Assembly: GCF_009914755.1 (NCBI RefSeq)
Contig: NC_060934.1
Source of the DNA: the human T2T-CHM13v2.0 reference genome, Homo sapiens
Reading direction: 5' to 3' (one strand)
Length of the DNA stretch: 64,000 bases
The notes under the pieces were generated by a model. It was not told where the DNA came from. It saw nothing but the letters and a program-made list of their open reading frames with translations, and ran no database searches. The position numbers and the translations under genes were made by a program. Below, in pieces: positions 30,256 to 48,119 of this stretch. Numbering within the stretch: the stretch's first letter is position 1; every line of letters starts with the position of its first letter.

Positions 30256-31188
30256 CTCTGTTGCTTATTAGCCTGCGATACATATGAATTAAAGATGTGT
30301 GGGTCCTGAATTGGACAGAGGCAAAGTGTAGCACTAATGAAAACAAAACTGATTCGGGCCTTCCTTTTGCTGTCTCTTGAAGGTGACTTACATTTGGTGA
30401 ATTTGTTAATCTGCGTAAGAGAAATAAAGTGTGGCTATATCTGGTGTGAGTACCTACAATGAGCTATGCATAGTGCTAGAATGTATCTACTTTTTAGTTT
30501 AAGAGAAAGAGTTGGACAGCTTCTGGGGGAAGTGGGGAGATTATACTCCTAGACACAGATTCGAAACAACTTTTTCAGCTGAAGGATGTTTTGGAATAAA
30601 CCTAGCATCCAAACAAGAGGTGGGTAAATAATGTCTGGCTCAGGGTTTGATTCTAGAAAGTGACTATCTGGATTGGCAATTCAGGCCAAGGAAAGGCCAC
30701 CGACATCTTTCAAGGGTATTTTACTCTACTGAGCTGGGAAGAAGGGAGCCGCTCTTGAACCTGCATCAAGATGCGTTTTGATCTTCCAAAACCTATCTGC
30801 ATAGTGTTTACTGCAAGAAGAGAAAGGGAAGCTAAAATTCCTCTAAAATCCCTACCCCTTACTGAAAACAACTGGAGTTAGGGTTGAATTCCTTTTTATA
30901 TAAAAGATAAAGCCAGGAGGAGAAAGCTAAAAAATCATTTTCATATAATTTACACTAAATAATAAATGTGGAGGGAATCCTGTCAGGGACATACATTAGA
31001 AATGCAGTTGGCTTTGTTCTCTGGGAGTTCTATGGATACAGCCCATAGATATTTCAGGGTTATTTCCTCTGTAAAATAACAGTGGCTTCATGGACCTATT
31101 TCTGCAGTGTTTTCTACCTCCATACTATGCACAGCAGGCAAAATCACAGGCATCTGACATGAACTTAGGCCGATAAGTTTTCCCTGAA

Positions 31189-31191
<3 letters not shown>

Positions 31192-31227
<36 letters not shown>
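31192..31227. repeat. (CA)n microsatellite
   Basis: Directly visible. Confidence 0.95.
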
Positions 31228-31230
<3 letters not shown>

Positions 31231-31304
31231 CCACAGGTGAATATGGAAAAAAATAACAATGACAACTTTAAGGAAATTTTTGTCATGCTTTCTCTTGATT
31301 TATT

Positions 31305-31800
31305 TTCAATAGTTCAAATGAAACTTATTGAGCACGTTATTCTTATCAGGTACTCAATAGGTACTATGGGTGATAAAATGATGAATAAGACATGGTACTT
31401 AAACTCAAGGAGTTTGTAATATACTGAGGCCAACTGTGGAGTATACATTTTATCGTAGTCCAAAACAGACCGTTCTAGTTGTTATTGTGATAAAGGCACA
31501 AGCAAAATGCTTCAGGGGCTCAGAGGAGGAAGAGATAAAATTTTAATGGATTAACTGGTTGTTAAGAGTTTTGACCCCATGTCTCTAACCACTTACTACC
31601 TCCGTGATCTTGAACATGTCCTTAACTGCTTTAAACTTTGGTTTTTCTCATTTGTAAATTAAATATAATAAGAGAAACAGTTTTATTAAAGATGATAGGG
31701 AGAACAAGCAGTTAATTATTATTAGGTGTTGAAGAAGTCTTCCCAAGGGTGGTGATATTTTAGTTGACCTTTGAAAGGGAGTAGTGTTTTTCATAGGGAG
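31305..31800 (-). mobile_element. L2 3' fragment, with a MIR piece at ~31560-31680
   Basis: 'ttattgagcac...atgaataagacatggtacttaaactcaaggagttt'; MIR 'gtttttctcatttgtaaa'. Confidence 0.6.
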
Positions 31801-34800
31801 AAAGTTGCAGCAAGACTTCCAAGGTTAGGATACACTTTGAGCAGAGCATCTCCTGCATTCACCTGCTGGTAAAGCTGAAAGCTCCCGTACATCCCCCTGT
31901 CCTGCTTGTATTTCTTACCATTAGGATTACTTCTTTGGATTTGTGCAAAAGAACTACTTCTAGTGACCAGAATCAAACCTGACATCTAGTGTCTAAAAAG
32001 TGTGTGTGTGGAGTGGGGGGAGTCTAACTCTCTCTTTTGAATTCATTTGGAGCCATTAGCTCAATCATTTTATCAATTTAGCCAACTGGAGTCTTAGGAA
32101 ACAGAGGTGGGACACAAGTGGAAGCTTCAGTATAGATACAGTTGAAGTTCAACAGGTGATAAAGGACAGGGATATGGGACGCTACCCCAAGGGGATGTGC
32201 AAGACAGTGTAAGGTCACCACAAACCTGGTAGGCCTGGAAGAAGGGCCAACAGCAAATGGAACTCCTTTCAAATTCTTCTAATGGCAATTTTGGTCATGT
32301 TTATTGGTCTCATGAAAATGGAAATGAAGAGCAAAGAAGGAGGGTGGGTTGGGGACAGTTGGTACTGAAGGCCACTGCATTGGCTACTTCACATTCAGGG
32401 CTGATCCACCTTAGCCACAACCATCAATAATTTGCATTGACTTTTCAGCTGACTTTCTTTAAATTCAATGTTAAAAATCATTTCCAAGGTGACTAATACA
32501 TACCTTTCATCTAATTGCCATTATTTCATAACAAGAACTTTTCAATCCAGCCATGGTTGTCTAACTATGCCTCTTGGCTCAGGTTACTCCTCACTTGGAA
32601 TGCACATGTCCTCTCCTCATCTGTCGACAAGCTGAATCACATTTACTTGCCTCTAAGGCCTGGCTTCGCTGAGACTCTTTCCCTTGTCACCCCATATCTC
32701 CTACATCTGAACTCAATGTCCATGTCACTTATCTGGTTTAAGAATACACTGCCTAATGGAGGGGATTATTTTTCTTACCTTGGCAGCTCTGCCCCATCCG
32801 TCCCATTTCTCAAGTGAGAATCTGAGTCCCTTGAGGAGAGAAATTGACAGAAATCTGTTTTCCCCCTTACTGCTCCTAGCCCAGAGTCCTGATGTGTTTG
32901 CCAATTGAATTAGTTACAGACAGAATCAAAAACATCAACACAATCAGCAAAATCCCCAGTTTCCTTCAAATCTTTTTACCCTCCTTGTATTTTCTCTAAC
33001 ACTTCAAAGGTTTTCATACTATGCTAAACCTATCCCTTTGGTTTTAAACCTTATCCCTTCCTCTTCACTACATGGAAGATTTCCCTGACCACAAATAGAA
33101 AAGGATGAAGAATTAATTAACAAGAAAATGCCAGTATAAACATATGCCTAGAGCCTGCCTGTCTTCTAAATGCAGAAAGCAGTCCACATATGAATATACC
33201 GATGTATTGTTGTTGAAGTACATAATCATTTTCAACGAGCATAGACAACTCTAATACACATTTCCTCCATTTAGAAAGGGACAAAATGGAGTCCAGAGAT
33301 GCTAATTAAATTATACAAATTACACAGGGCTGAGCCTGGAACCCAGGCCCCCTTTAAATACCATTTCAAGATTTAACCCACTATCCTTCATCCTTGGTAT
33401 TCATTTAGTAAGAAATGTCAGAGTTGGGGATGATGGTGATGTTACAGTTAGCAGAATGGCTTACCTATTCTGTGAAAAGGTAGCTGTCCTTCCAGCAGGG
33501 AGAACAGGAGCTGTAAAACATCCTCTAACATCAGATTCTCGAGCAAGTTCCCTGTGATCCCACTGTAGGAGCAGCCTGTGGCCACGTGCAGCCCACTCAT
33601 TCTTTCCTAAATGGCTTTACACACATTGATTGCCAATTAAGGCTTTTGTTGCCGACAGAGTAGTCAAGACCTAAAATTACCCCTCACTTCTTATGACTCC
33701 AGGGCACCCGACCAAACTAATATTTATAGCTGCTACAGATCAGTGAACTAGACAGCCAGGACACAGAAATGAGTCAAAACTGTTCTTTGTCCCAGAGACA
33801 CCAAAGTGAAATGAACACTCCTGAAAAAGATGACAAAGCTTTTCTCCAAATTCCTACCTCCATAAATTCAGAGTTTTCTAGGAAAACAAAAGTTAAGGAA
33901 TAAAATTAATAATTATTGAGTATATACTTTACGCCACCACTTCCATAATATAGTCCTGTAATTCTTAAACATAGTATCTGGAAAATATTTGATATTTATT
34001 ATTTATCAAAGACCAAAACAAAATGTGAAAAGCGGTGTGTTGTTTTCATTTTTTTTTTCTGAAGAAAAAAAAACATACACAAGATTCAGAGGTTGAGCAA
34101 TTGTCAAAGGTCAAATAAATTGTTTGCGGATGGACTGAGACTCAAACCCTCTTCTTTCTGCAAATATCATGCTTTCCTTGCACTTATCTATTGTAGGAGT
34201 TGGCAGATTGTCACTCTATTCTATAAGCTCCCATAAAACTTTGTAAAATCCTATATTAGAAAACTTAGAGCATTGTATTTAAAAACTCCTTCGCGTAACT
34301 GCTTCCTTTGTGAGTCTTAGAGGTCCAAGTCCTGGCTATATCACTTATGAGCTGTATAAATGTTGCTAAATCATTGAACAACTGTGTACCCCACTTTCTT
34401 TATCTGAAGAACAGAGATTATTATATTATTTTACTTTTAAATATTATATAATTATAATGATCATCCAAGGGCCTAAGAGTACTAGCGAGTAATGGCTAAC
34501 CATGTACGTTTTACTGTGGACAGACCACGACTATCTTTATGCACCACTAGCATAGTGCTTAGCAAAAAGTAAGCGTATAAGAACATATTGACTTAATGAA
34601 AGAGTGAATAAATTGTTTGAAGGCCTGAATACAGTGAGTATATTTGTGGTAGTTCCCAACCTATTGGCCACAGACCTTCCGAACTAGCACAATTACGGTG
34701 AGATATCTGTAAAACAATGTCTGCCAACAAAAGAAAGCAAGTCTTACACATAGGTGTACTATTATTTTTTCACTGTGTATAGATATTGTTGTGATTTCTA

Positions 34801-35072
34801 AAATGCAAAATTGTTTAAATGTGTTACTTAAGTCTTAATAGCTCCTTGTATTTTATTTGCACATTCAATTAGTGAATACAAGTAGGGTTATACTACATCA
34901 CGAAGGCTGCCCATGAGGTGTTAGAACATTAAATGAGAAGGGGCACACATAAAAGTTGAAAAATCCTATCCGAAGGCATTGAAAATTGGTTGCCTGCCAC
35001 TAATAGACTTGGCTCTTTCATACTGTATCCCCCTAGGGTATGGCTATGCAGAATCTGATTTTTTTTTCTTTC

Positions 35073-35119
<47 letters not shown>

Positions 35120-35319
35120 GCTTTAAGTTATAGGGTACATGTGCACAATGTGCAGCTGTGTTACACATGTATACATGTGCCATGTTGGTGTGCTGCACCC
35201 ATTAACTCGTCATTTAGCATTAGGTATATCTCTTAATGCTATCCCTCCCCCCTCCCCCCACCCCACAAAAGTCCCCAGAGTATGATGTTCCCCTTCCTGT
35301 GTCCAAGTGTTCTCATTGT

Positions 35320-39332
<4,013 letters not shown>

Positions 39333-39395
39333 TTTGATGTTAGCTGGTTATTTTGCTCGTTAGCTGATGCAATTTCTTCCTAGCCTCGATTGTCT

Positions 39396-40415
39396 TTACA
39401 ATTTGGCCTGATTTTGCAGTGGCTGGTACCGGTTGTTCCTTTCCATGTTTAGTGCTTCCTTCAGGAGCTCTTTTAGGGCAGGCCTCGTGGTGACAAAATC
39501 TCTCAGCATTTGCTTGTCTGTAAAGTATTTTATTTCTCCTTCACTTATGAAGCTTAGTTTGGATGGATATGAAATTCTGGGTTGAAAATTCTTTTCTTTA
39601 AGAATGCTGAATATTGGCCCCCACTCTCTTCTGGCTTGCAGAGTTTCTGCCGAGAGATCTGCTGTTAGTCTTATGGGCTTCCCTTTGTGGGTAACCCGAC
39701 CTTTCTCTCTGGCTGCCCTTAACATTTTTTTTCCTTCATTTCAACTTTGGTGAATCTGACAATTATGTGTCTTGGAGTTGCTCTTCTCGAGGAGTATCTT
39801 TGTGGCGTTCTCTGTATTTCCTGAATCTAAATGTTGGCCTGCCTTACTAGATTGGGGAAGTTCTCCTGGATAATATCCTGCAGAGTGTTTTCCAACTTGC
39901 TTCCATTCTCCCTGTCACTTTCAGGTACACCAACAAGACATAGATTTGGTCTTTTCACATAGTCCCATATTTCTTGGAGGCTTTGTTCATTTCTTTTTAT
40001 TCTTTTTTCTCTAAACTTCCCTTCTCACTTCATTTCATTCATTTCGTCTTCCATCACTGATACCCTTTCTTCCAGTTGATTGCGTTGGCTCCTGAGGCTT
40101 CTGCATTCTTCACGTAGTTCTCAAGCCTTGGCTTTCAGCTACATCAGCTCCTTTAAGGATTTCTCTGCTTTGGTTATTCTAGTTATCCATTCGTCTAAAT
40201 TTTTTTTCAAAGTTTTTAACTTCTTTGCCATTGGTTTGAATTTCCTCCTGTAGCTCGGAGTAGTTTGATTGTCTGAAGCCTTCTTCTCTCAGTTCGTCAA
40301 AGTCATTCTCTGTCCAGCTTTGTTCTCTTGCTGGTGAGGAGCTGCATTCCTTTGGAGGAGGAGAGGCGCTCTGCTTTTTAGAGTTTCCAGTTTTTCTGCT
40401 CTGTTTTTTCCCCAT
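39396..40415 (-). pseudogene. L1 ORF1p, frameshifted
   Basis: MGKKQSRKTGNSK... N-terminus (40179..40415) and ...ARREWGPIF...RISYPSKLSF... C-terminus (39396..39725). Confidence 0.95.
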
Positions 40416-41466
40416 CTTTGTGGTTTTATCTACTTCTGGTCTTTGATGATGGTGACATACAGAAGGGTTTTTGGTGTGGATGCCCTTTCTGTTTGTTAGT
40501 TTTCCTTTGAACAGACAGGACCCTCAACTGCAGGTCTGTTGGAGTTCGCTAGAGGTCCACTCCAGACCCTGTTTGCCTGGGTAACAGCAGCGGTGGCTGC
40601 AGAACAGCGGTGGCTGTAGAACAGCGGATCTTGGTGAACCACAAATGCTGCTGCCTAATCGTTCCTCTGGAAGTTTTGTCTCAGAGGAGTACCCGGCCGG
40701 CCATGTGAGGTGTCAATCTGCCCCTACTGGGGGATGCCTCGTACTTAGGCTGCTCGGGGGTCAAGGACCCACTTAAGGAGGCAGTCTGCCCATTCTCAGA
40801 CCTCCAGTTGTGTGCTGGGAGAACCACTACTCTCTTCAAAGCTGTCAGACAGGGACATTTAAGTCTGCAGAGGTTACTGCTGTCTTTTTGTTTGTCTGTG
40901 CCCTGCCCCCAGAGGTGGAGCCTACAGAGGCAGGCAGGCCTCCTTGAGCTGTGGTGGGCTCCACCCAGTTCGAGCTTCCCGGCTGCTTTGTTTACCTAAT
41001 CAAGCCTGGGCAATGGCAGGCGCCCCTCCCCCAGCCTTGCTGCCACCTTGCAGTTTGATCTCAGACTGCTGTGCTAGCAATGAGCAAGACTCTGTGGGTA
41101 GGACCCTCCCAGCCATGTGCGGGATATAATCTCCTGGTGCGCCATTTTTTAAGCCTGTTGGAAAAGAGCTGTATTAGGGTGGGAGTGACCCGATTTTCCA
41201 GGTGCCGTCTGTCACCCCTTTCTTTGACTAGGAAAGGGAACTCCCTGACCCCTTGTGCTTCCCAAGTGAGGCAATGCCTTGCCCTGCTTCGGCTTGCACA
41301 CGGTGCGCTGCACCCACTGTCCTGCACCCACTGTCTAGCACTCCCTAGTGAGGTGAACCCAGTACCTCAGATGGAAATGCAGCAATCACCCATCTTCTGC
41401 ATCGCTCACGCTTGGAGCTGTAGACCAGAGCTTTTCCTATTCTGCCATCTTGGCTCCACCCACTGA
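40416..41466 (-). promoter_or_regulatory. L1 5'UTR (internal sense promoter, antisense promoter, YY1 site, ORF0 remnant)
   Basis: YY1 motif caagatggc near the 5' end; + strand MAGAPPPALLPPCSLISDCCASN from ATG 41013 = ORF0, frameshifted near 41095. Confidence 0.85.
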
Positions 41467-42029
41467 AATCTGATTTTTTTTCTTATAGAACCCTCTTTGT
41501 CAGAGGATTCTATTCATTTATACAAGGCCAGAGTAGAGAAAGCCATCTTCTTTCTAAACCTGTCTTATTTGCTGTGAGTATCTCTATATATTAGTGAAAG
41601 GGTATAAATGTGAATCTGGAAAATATCTCAAAATCTATGAAATAAACCCTTTCCCAAATCCTTACGTATGCTCTCTTGGATCCCTGTTTGCATTCTGTGA
41701 CCCCATTCCTTCAGCTACTGTTGATTTCCCACAAGGGGAGAACACTTTACCCCGGTGTTGGTCAATCCAATGATCTCTTCCAGAAGCATCCAGGTCTGGA
41801 GAATCTAGTTAAGATTTTGGATGGAACTGAGTTCATAGGAACTCAGTTTTGACATAATGAATCAATGAAAATGAGACAGCACAAAAGACCCAGACACGGA
41901 GAAGATCATGTAGGGAGAACCTATAAACCCACAGAGAGAAGCTTCCAAAGTTCCGACTGTTTCCTTGTCTTTTGTAAATCCAAGATTAACTTGCCTTTGA
42001 GTTTCATGAAGCATAATTGTGTCCTGATT

Positions 42030-42370
42030 CTTTAATTCAATTATTATTGGTTGAGCATCTACTATGTCCTAAGCACTAATCTTGGTATTGTAGTTACAGC
42101 AGTGAAAAAAAATTCAAAAAGATCCTTGCCCTCATGAAGCTTATATTCACATGTTGAAAATACAAAGTAAACAAGATAAATAATTAAAATAGTATGGTAG
42201 GTGTGTTAAGTGTAACAGGAAAGCAAAAATGTTGTGGGAAGTTTCATGAGTGGAGGTTCAGCTTTAGATAGGTGGCTAGTGAAGGCCTTGACATGATATT
42301 TGAGTGAAGTAAAAGGAAAGAAATGATGGCATTTGAGTGAAGTGAGGAATTGAGTAAAGTGAGAATTTGA
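42030..42370 (-). mobile_element. L2 3' end
   Basis: 'ttgagcatctactatgtcctaagcact...acagcagtgaaa...ccttgccctcatgaagcttatattc'. Confidence 0.8.
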
Positions 42371-42837
42371 AAAAACAATTTTAACTTTTATTTTAGCTTC
42401 AAGGGGTACATGTGAGGCTTGTTACATGGGTTTATTGCATGAAGCTGAGGCTTGGGCTCTTCCCCCATCCCTCTCTTGCATCTATAGTGGCATCAGTATC
42501 AATTGTTCCCATCTTTATGTCCATGTGTACCCAAAGTTTAGTTCTCATTTATAGGTGATAATATGTGGGATTTGGTATTCTGTTCCTATGTTAATTTGCT
42601 TATGATAGTGGCCTCTAGCTGCATTCATGCTGCTGCAAAGGACATGATCTCATTCTTTTTGTAGCTGTGTATTATTCCATGGTATATATGTACCTCATTG
42701 TCCTTATCCAGTCCACCAACCTACATGTTGATGGGCACGTAGGTTGAGTCCATGTCTTTTCTATTGTGAATAGTGCCATGATGAATATGCTAGTGCATAT
42801 GTCTTTTTCATAGAATGATTTATTTTCCTTTGGGTAT

Positions 42838-43288
42838 TGTAACAGCTAATACTGAGTGTCAACTTGATTGGATTGAAGTATGGGAAGTATTGTTGCTGGA
42901 TGTGTCGGTGAGAGTGTTGCCAAACGAGATTAACATTTGAGTCAGTGGACTGGGAAAGGCAGACCCACTCTCAATCAGGGTAGGCAAAATCTAATCAGCT
43001 GCCAGTGTGGCCAGAATAAAAGCAGACAGAAGAACGTGAAAAGGCTAGACTGGCCTAGTCTCCAAGACTACATCTTTCTCCTGTGCTGGATGCTTCCTGC
43101 CCTCCAACATCGGACTCCAAGTTCTTCAGCTTTGGGACTTGGACTGGCTTCCTTGCTCCTCAGCTTGCAGGCGGCCTATTGTGGGACCTTGTGATTGTGT
43201 GAATCAGTACTCCTTAATAAACTCCCCTTTATATGTATATATATCTATCCTATTAGTTCTGTCCCTCTACAGAAGCCTGACTAATACA
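42838..43288 (+). mobile_element. MLT2A (HERV-L) solo LTR
   Basis: TG...CA, 451 bp: 'taatactgagtgtcaacttgattggattgaag...gagattaacatttgagtcagtggactggg...ctgactaataca'. Confidence 0.93.
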
Positions 43289-43471
43289 GATTTATAATGA
43301 GCAATGGGATTGCTGGGTCAAATGGCAGTTCTGTTTTCAGTTCTTGGAGAAATCTCTAAACTGCTTTCCACAGTGTCTGAACTAATTTACATTCCCTTTT
43401 CTCTGCAGCCTCCCCAGTATCTGTTATGTCTTGACTTTTTAATAATAGCCATTCTGACTGGTCTGAGATGA

Positions 43472-43899
<428 letters not shown>

Positions 43900-45837
43900 C
43901 CTCTACTCACTTTCTAATGGGGTTATTTGTCTTTTGACTGTTAAGTTCCTCATTAATTCTGGATATTAGACCTTTGTCAGATGTATAGTCTGCAAATATT
44001 TTCTCCCATTCTTTAGATTGTCTGTTTATTATGTCGATAGTTTCCTTTGCTATGCAGAAGCTCTTTATTTTAATTAGGTCCCACTTATCAGTTTTTGTTT
44101 TTGTTGCGATTGCTTTTGAGAACTTAGTCATAAATTCTTCGCCAGGGCCAAGATTGAAAATGGTATTTCCTATGTTTTCTTCTAGGATTTGTATACTTTG
44201 AGGTCTTATATTTAAATCTTTGATCCATCTTGAGTTAATTTTTGTATATGGTGAAAAGTAAGGGTACAGTTTCATTCTTCTGCATATGGCTAGCCAGTTA
44301 TCCCAGCAAATCAGGTCCATTTTAAAGGTGATCATTTGCTTTGATTAGGCTAACATGGGCTGGTCTTTTCTACTTACAGTACATCAAAAATTCTTAACTA
44401 GGGTATACTTTGTCAATATAGTTTTTGAGCCAAAAAGCAGATTATTGATAAAGAAAGCTTGCCTTCATTTCTTTAGCAATTTTTTTCTTTTTTTAATTGT
44501 TGTGTTACAGGGTAGTTTGTCTTATAGCTCTGTGCTATACTCAGAAGCTCAGGCATTTGGTACTGGGATATGAAAGAGATTGAGGAGCAAATGAATTAAC
44601 CTTTATTAACACTGGGAAATACCGTACTTGCAATAACCTTCAGAAATCACTGGGCTCATGGTTGTCTCCACTGAGGCTGCTCCCAATAACCTGGCAGCAA
44701 AAGGATTATGTAGAAAGGAAATCCATTTAAACATCTGCAAACCTTTCTGCTGATTGAATCTCCAAACATGCATCCACAAATCTGCATTATAGAACACTAG
44801 GTAAATCACAATAGAAAAGTATATCCTGATACAGAAAGATCATGATTTATTTACGAAAACGTACACTTTTAATTATCCATTAAGAACAAAATTCCAGAGA
44901 TAAATTTAAATTTCTCTGAGAAGCAATGTCTCATTGTAGGTTAAACAAATTTGTAAACTAGGTAAATAGTAAATATTATAAATTTGGGGTACTGAGGAGA
45001 GGTTAGCTGCAAAAACAAACTATTTCATATATTTTCTTCTTAACAAATTCTTCCGAAGCATCAATTCATGAACACAATTTGTCCACACCTAGTGCTAATT
45101 CGTTGACTTTGGGTTTAATAGATTAAAATAATCTCTCTATAAAAAGATACGACAGGTTCTTTGGAATTATGAGCAATAATTTCTAAAATGTGACATGCAT
45201 GTTAAGTTCAGATGGTGTGGGGGCCATCAGGTGATTTTGCTTCATAGACAGAAAAGTGACTATCTCAAGAAGGTAGCAGGGGAGGAAAGGGGTTGTGACT
45301 TCAGTTGCTTTGTTATTTTATCCAATTTGATGCCTGCTTCTTTTCTGACCTCGGGCCTTCCATTGTGACGTGTGCAATTGTAAAGGAAACGAGAGGACGA
45401 AATGAATCAAACTAGGCTTTTGTTCCCACTATCCCAATTCTCGCCAACTAAAAGTCACAAAGGAAACTTAGTCTTATTAAAGGGCAGTGGGTCAGACCAC
45501 AGAATCTGCAAAGCTGCTCTTAAGGCTCAGTGTTCTTGCTGGGTCACATTACCATTGAAATCAAGTGTCAAATGACTGTGCAGCATATCTGTCACCAGAA
45601 AAAGGTAGAAAATTGGGTGCTGGGATGTAGAAAGCTGAAAGCATCCAAATAGAGTTAGTGTAGTTATCAAAAACAAGCCTCTGTGCCTTTCTTTATTAAC
45701 CTCACCTCCCACTTTGTTTAATCTTTTCCTCCCATGAGTTTTACTAACTCAAACTGAGCTAGCACTTAAGATGTTTAAAACGTATATCATTTCTGAAAGC
45801 CCACGCTCAGGTGAGGCAGTAACTCGGCTCCAGAGCA

Positions 45838-46028
45838 CATTTTCTTAACCTCGGCACTACTGATATTTTGGGTAGCACAACTATTTGTTGTCAGGTGCTG
45901 TTTTGTACATGCAGAATATTTAGCCGCACCCCAGCCTCTACCCATTAGAATGCTACTAGCATCCTCCAGTTGTGACAACCAAACATGTGTCCAGACATTG
46001 CCATAGTACCCCAGGTTGAGAACTTCTG
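45838..46028. mobile_element. MER20 (hAT-Charlie)
   Basis: 'ttcttaacctcggcactactgatattttggg...ccagttgtgacaaccaaacatgtgtccagacattgcca...ggttgagaac'. Confidence 0.88.
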
Positions 46029-46599
46029 CTTTAGGGATTGAATTGGTGGATTGAGTGGTGTCCTCTGCAAGACAGCTTATGCCAGCCACTGCTTCAGAGC
46101 TTCTCTCCAGTAATAGAAAAGGAAAGCTAACATAACCTGCTCTATATTGCAGGTGGAGAGAAACTCCATTTACTCATTTAGAAAGGTGAAATTGACATTA
46201 TGAATGTACCCACTTGGAAAAAATGTAGTGTGACACTTAAGAGTCACTTTGAAAATTTCTCAGTCCTTAGTAGTAGAGTAGGTGGCATTGACCTGAAAAG
46301 TTGAGAGTCTGGCTTGGGCTGTTCCATTGATTCATTGGGTAGCTTGTGACAATCCCTTGGACCTCACTATATCACTGGCTATAAGATGTCTTATGCTATG
46401 TAGTGACTCAAGACAATATCCATAAAAGACTCTAAGTGCTGGGAATGGCAGTCCTATATCAAAATAAGATGTCACGGATGCATTTGTGGATAGCCACTTG
46501 TCCTAGCACTTCAATGTGTAAGTAGTAGAGTAAAATGAATTCCATGGAGAATGATATAGAGAAAGACCTATTCGGTTTTACTAAGAACAAAAAATTATT

Positions 46600-46845
46600 A
46601 GCAAATTAATAATTAGAAAATACTTATTGAACACTAACAATGAACCACTTTCCTGTACACTTTACATGTATTAACTCATTTTATCCTTATCTCACTATTA
46701 GTGGTATTTACTATTTTCAGGTAGTCCAATATCAATATCGGTGGTATTTACTATTTTCAGTTATTTACTACCGATTTCACATAGCAATCAAGTTGTAGAC
46801 TTAGCATACAAACCAGTCAGTTTGGCTTTCAACCACTACAGTATA
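46600..46845 (-). mobile_element. MIR with a rearranged core
   Basis: 'tacttattgaacact...actttacatgtattaactcattttatcct' and 'ctttcaaccactaca'; core replaced by local repeats. Confidence 0.6.
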
Positions 46846-46849
46846 AATT

Positions 46850-47560
46850 TTAAATCAACAAACATGTATTATATCCATATTCAACATACCAGGTGGTCTG
46901 CTAAGTGTTGAATAATCAAAGATGAGTAAGTCATGATTTCTGCTACCAAGCTGATCACAATCTAGTGTGGAGGCAGTTCTATATATATATAATATATATA
47001 TATTATATATATACATATATATATAATATGTATATAAATCATTCTATATAACTGAAACTAGCATGATGCTTTTAGCATAGCAGCAGTTGCAAGTTAAGTA
47101 GTAGAACAAAGAAGGGGTGATGTATTGAACGCTAAGGGAAGCAAGGGGCTTCATAGAGGAGGGAGAACCACAGCCAGGATTTGAAGGATAAATAAGAATT
47201 CACCAGAAAGACCCAATGCATTAACAGCCACTGGGGAGGAGGGAACAGCATGAGCCAAGGCCCATCCTGGTACTCAGCAGTTTGTCTGTCTTTGGGCTCT
47301 AGGTGCCCATTGTAAAACAGCCTATTCTTCAAGGCCCAACTCATCTGCTATCCTTTTCAGATCAAGTCTTTTGGAATATTCTTGTGCTTATTCTTGTTTC
47401 AGATCTTCATGTTAGCACTTATCACACTCTGCATTGTGTTAGTTGCATTCACATCATTCTCTGTGACTGGTAACTAAGCTCCTCGAGGGAAGTGAATCTG
47501 TTTACATTTATTGCTAGGCAGTAACTTATGCTAGATGATGCTGGATACATGTTAAATTAA
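46850..47560. mobile_element. L2 fragments (minus ~46850-47260; plus ~47300-47560) with an embedded (TA)n tract at ~46980-47050
   Basis: 'aagatgagtaagtcatg..tcacaatctagtgtggaggcag'; 'ttcaaggcccaactca','tagcacttatcacact','taagctcctcgagggaag'. Confidence 0.65.
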
Positions 47561-47814
47561 ATGGTGAGGTGAATAATAAAACATAGCCGGACATAAGGCA
47601 ATGCAAATGTCATATCGAACAATTCATTAAATGTATCCCATATTTTTTTTTACATATATATACTCTCTAAGATAAGTCAAAGATGAAGTTTGGCATATAT
47701 TTTGATGTCTGGCATCTATGAGTCACTGCAAGGTAACTTGGAGAAATGAAAGAATTAGCACTAAATCCAATCAGTTTCTAATCCTGGTAGGTCTGCTCTT
47801 GAGTTTATCTAGTG

Positions 47815-48075
47815 CAGTGAGTGGTTCTCAAACTTAAGCATGCATTAGTCAGTCTAAAAAATTTGTTAAAATGCAGATTCCTACAGATCCTAATGCAGAG
47901 TCCTGGAATAGGGTACAGGAATAGGCACCCTCCTCCTGAATGATTCTTTGAAATGAGTTTAAAAAAATGGTCTGGTAACAGCAGGCAGAAGTTTTGGACT
48001 TTGGAGGAGAAAGAAGGAGCACCCAAAAAAACATGAATGTAAGGGAATTACACTGGCCAGCTGAACAAAAATGTC

Positions 48076-48119
<44 letters not shown>

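Noticed and set aside
46701-46760. Repeat-spacer-repeat resembling a mini CRISPR array
   Set aside because: Primate DNA, only two 20-bp copies, no cas genes; better explained as a repair scar.
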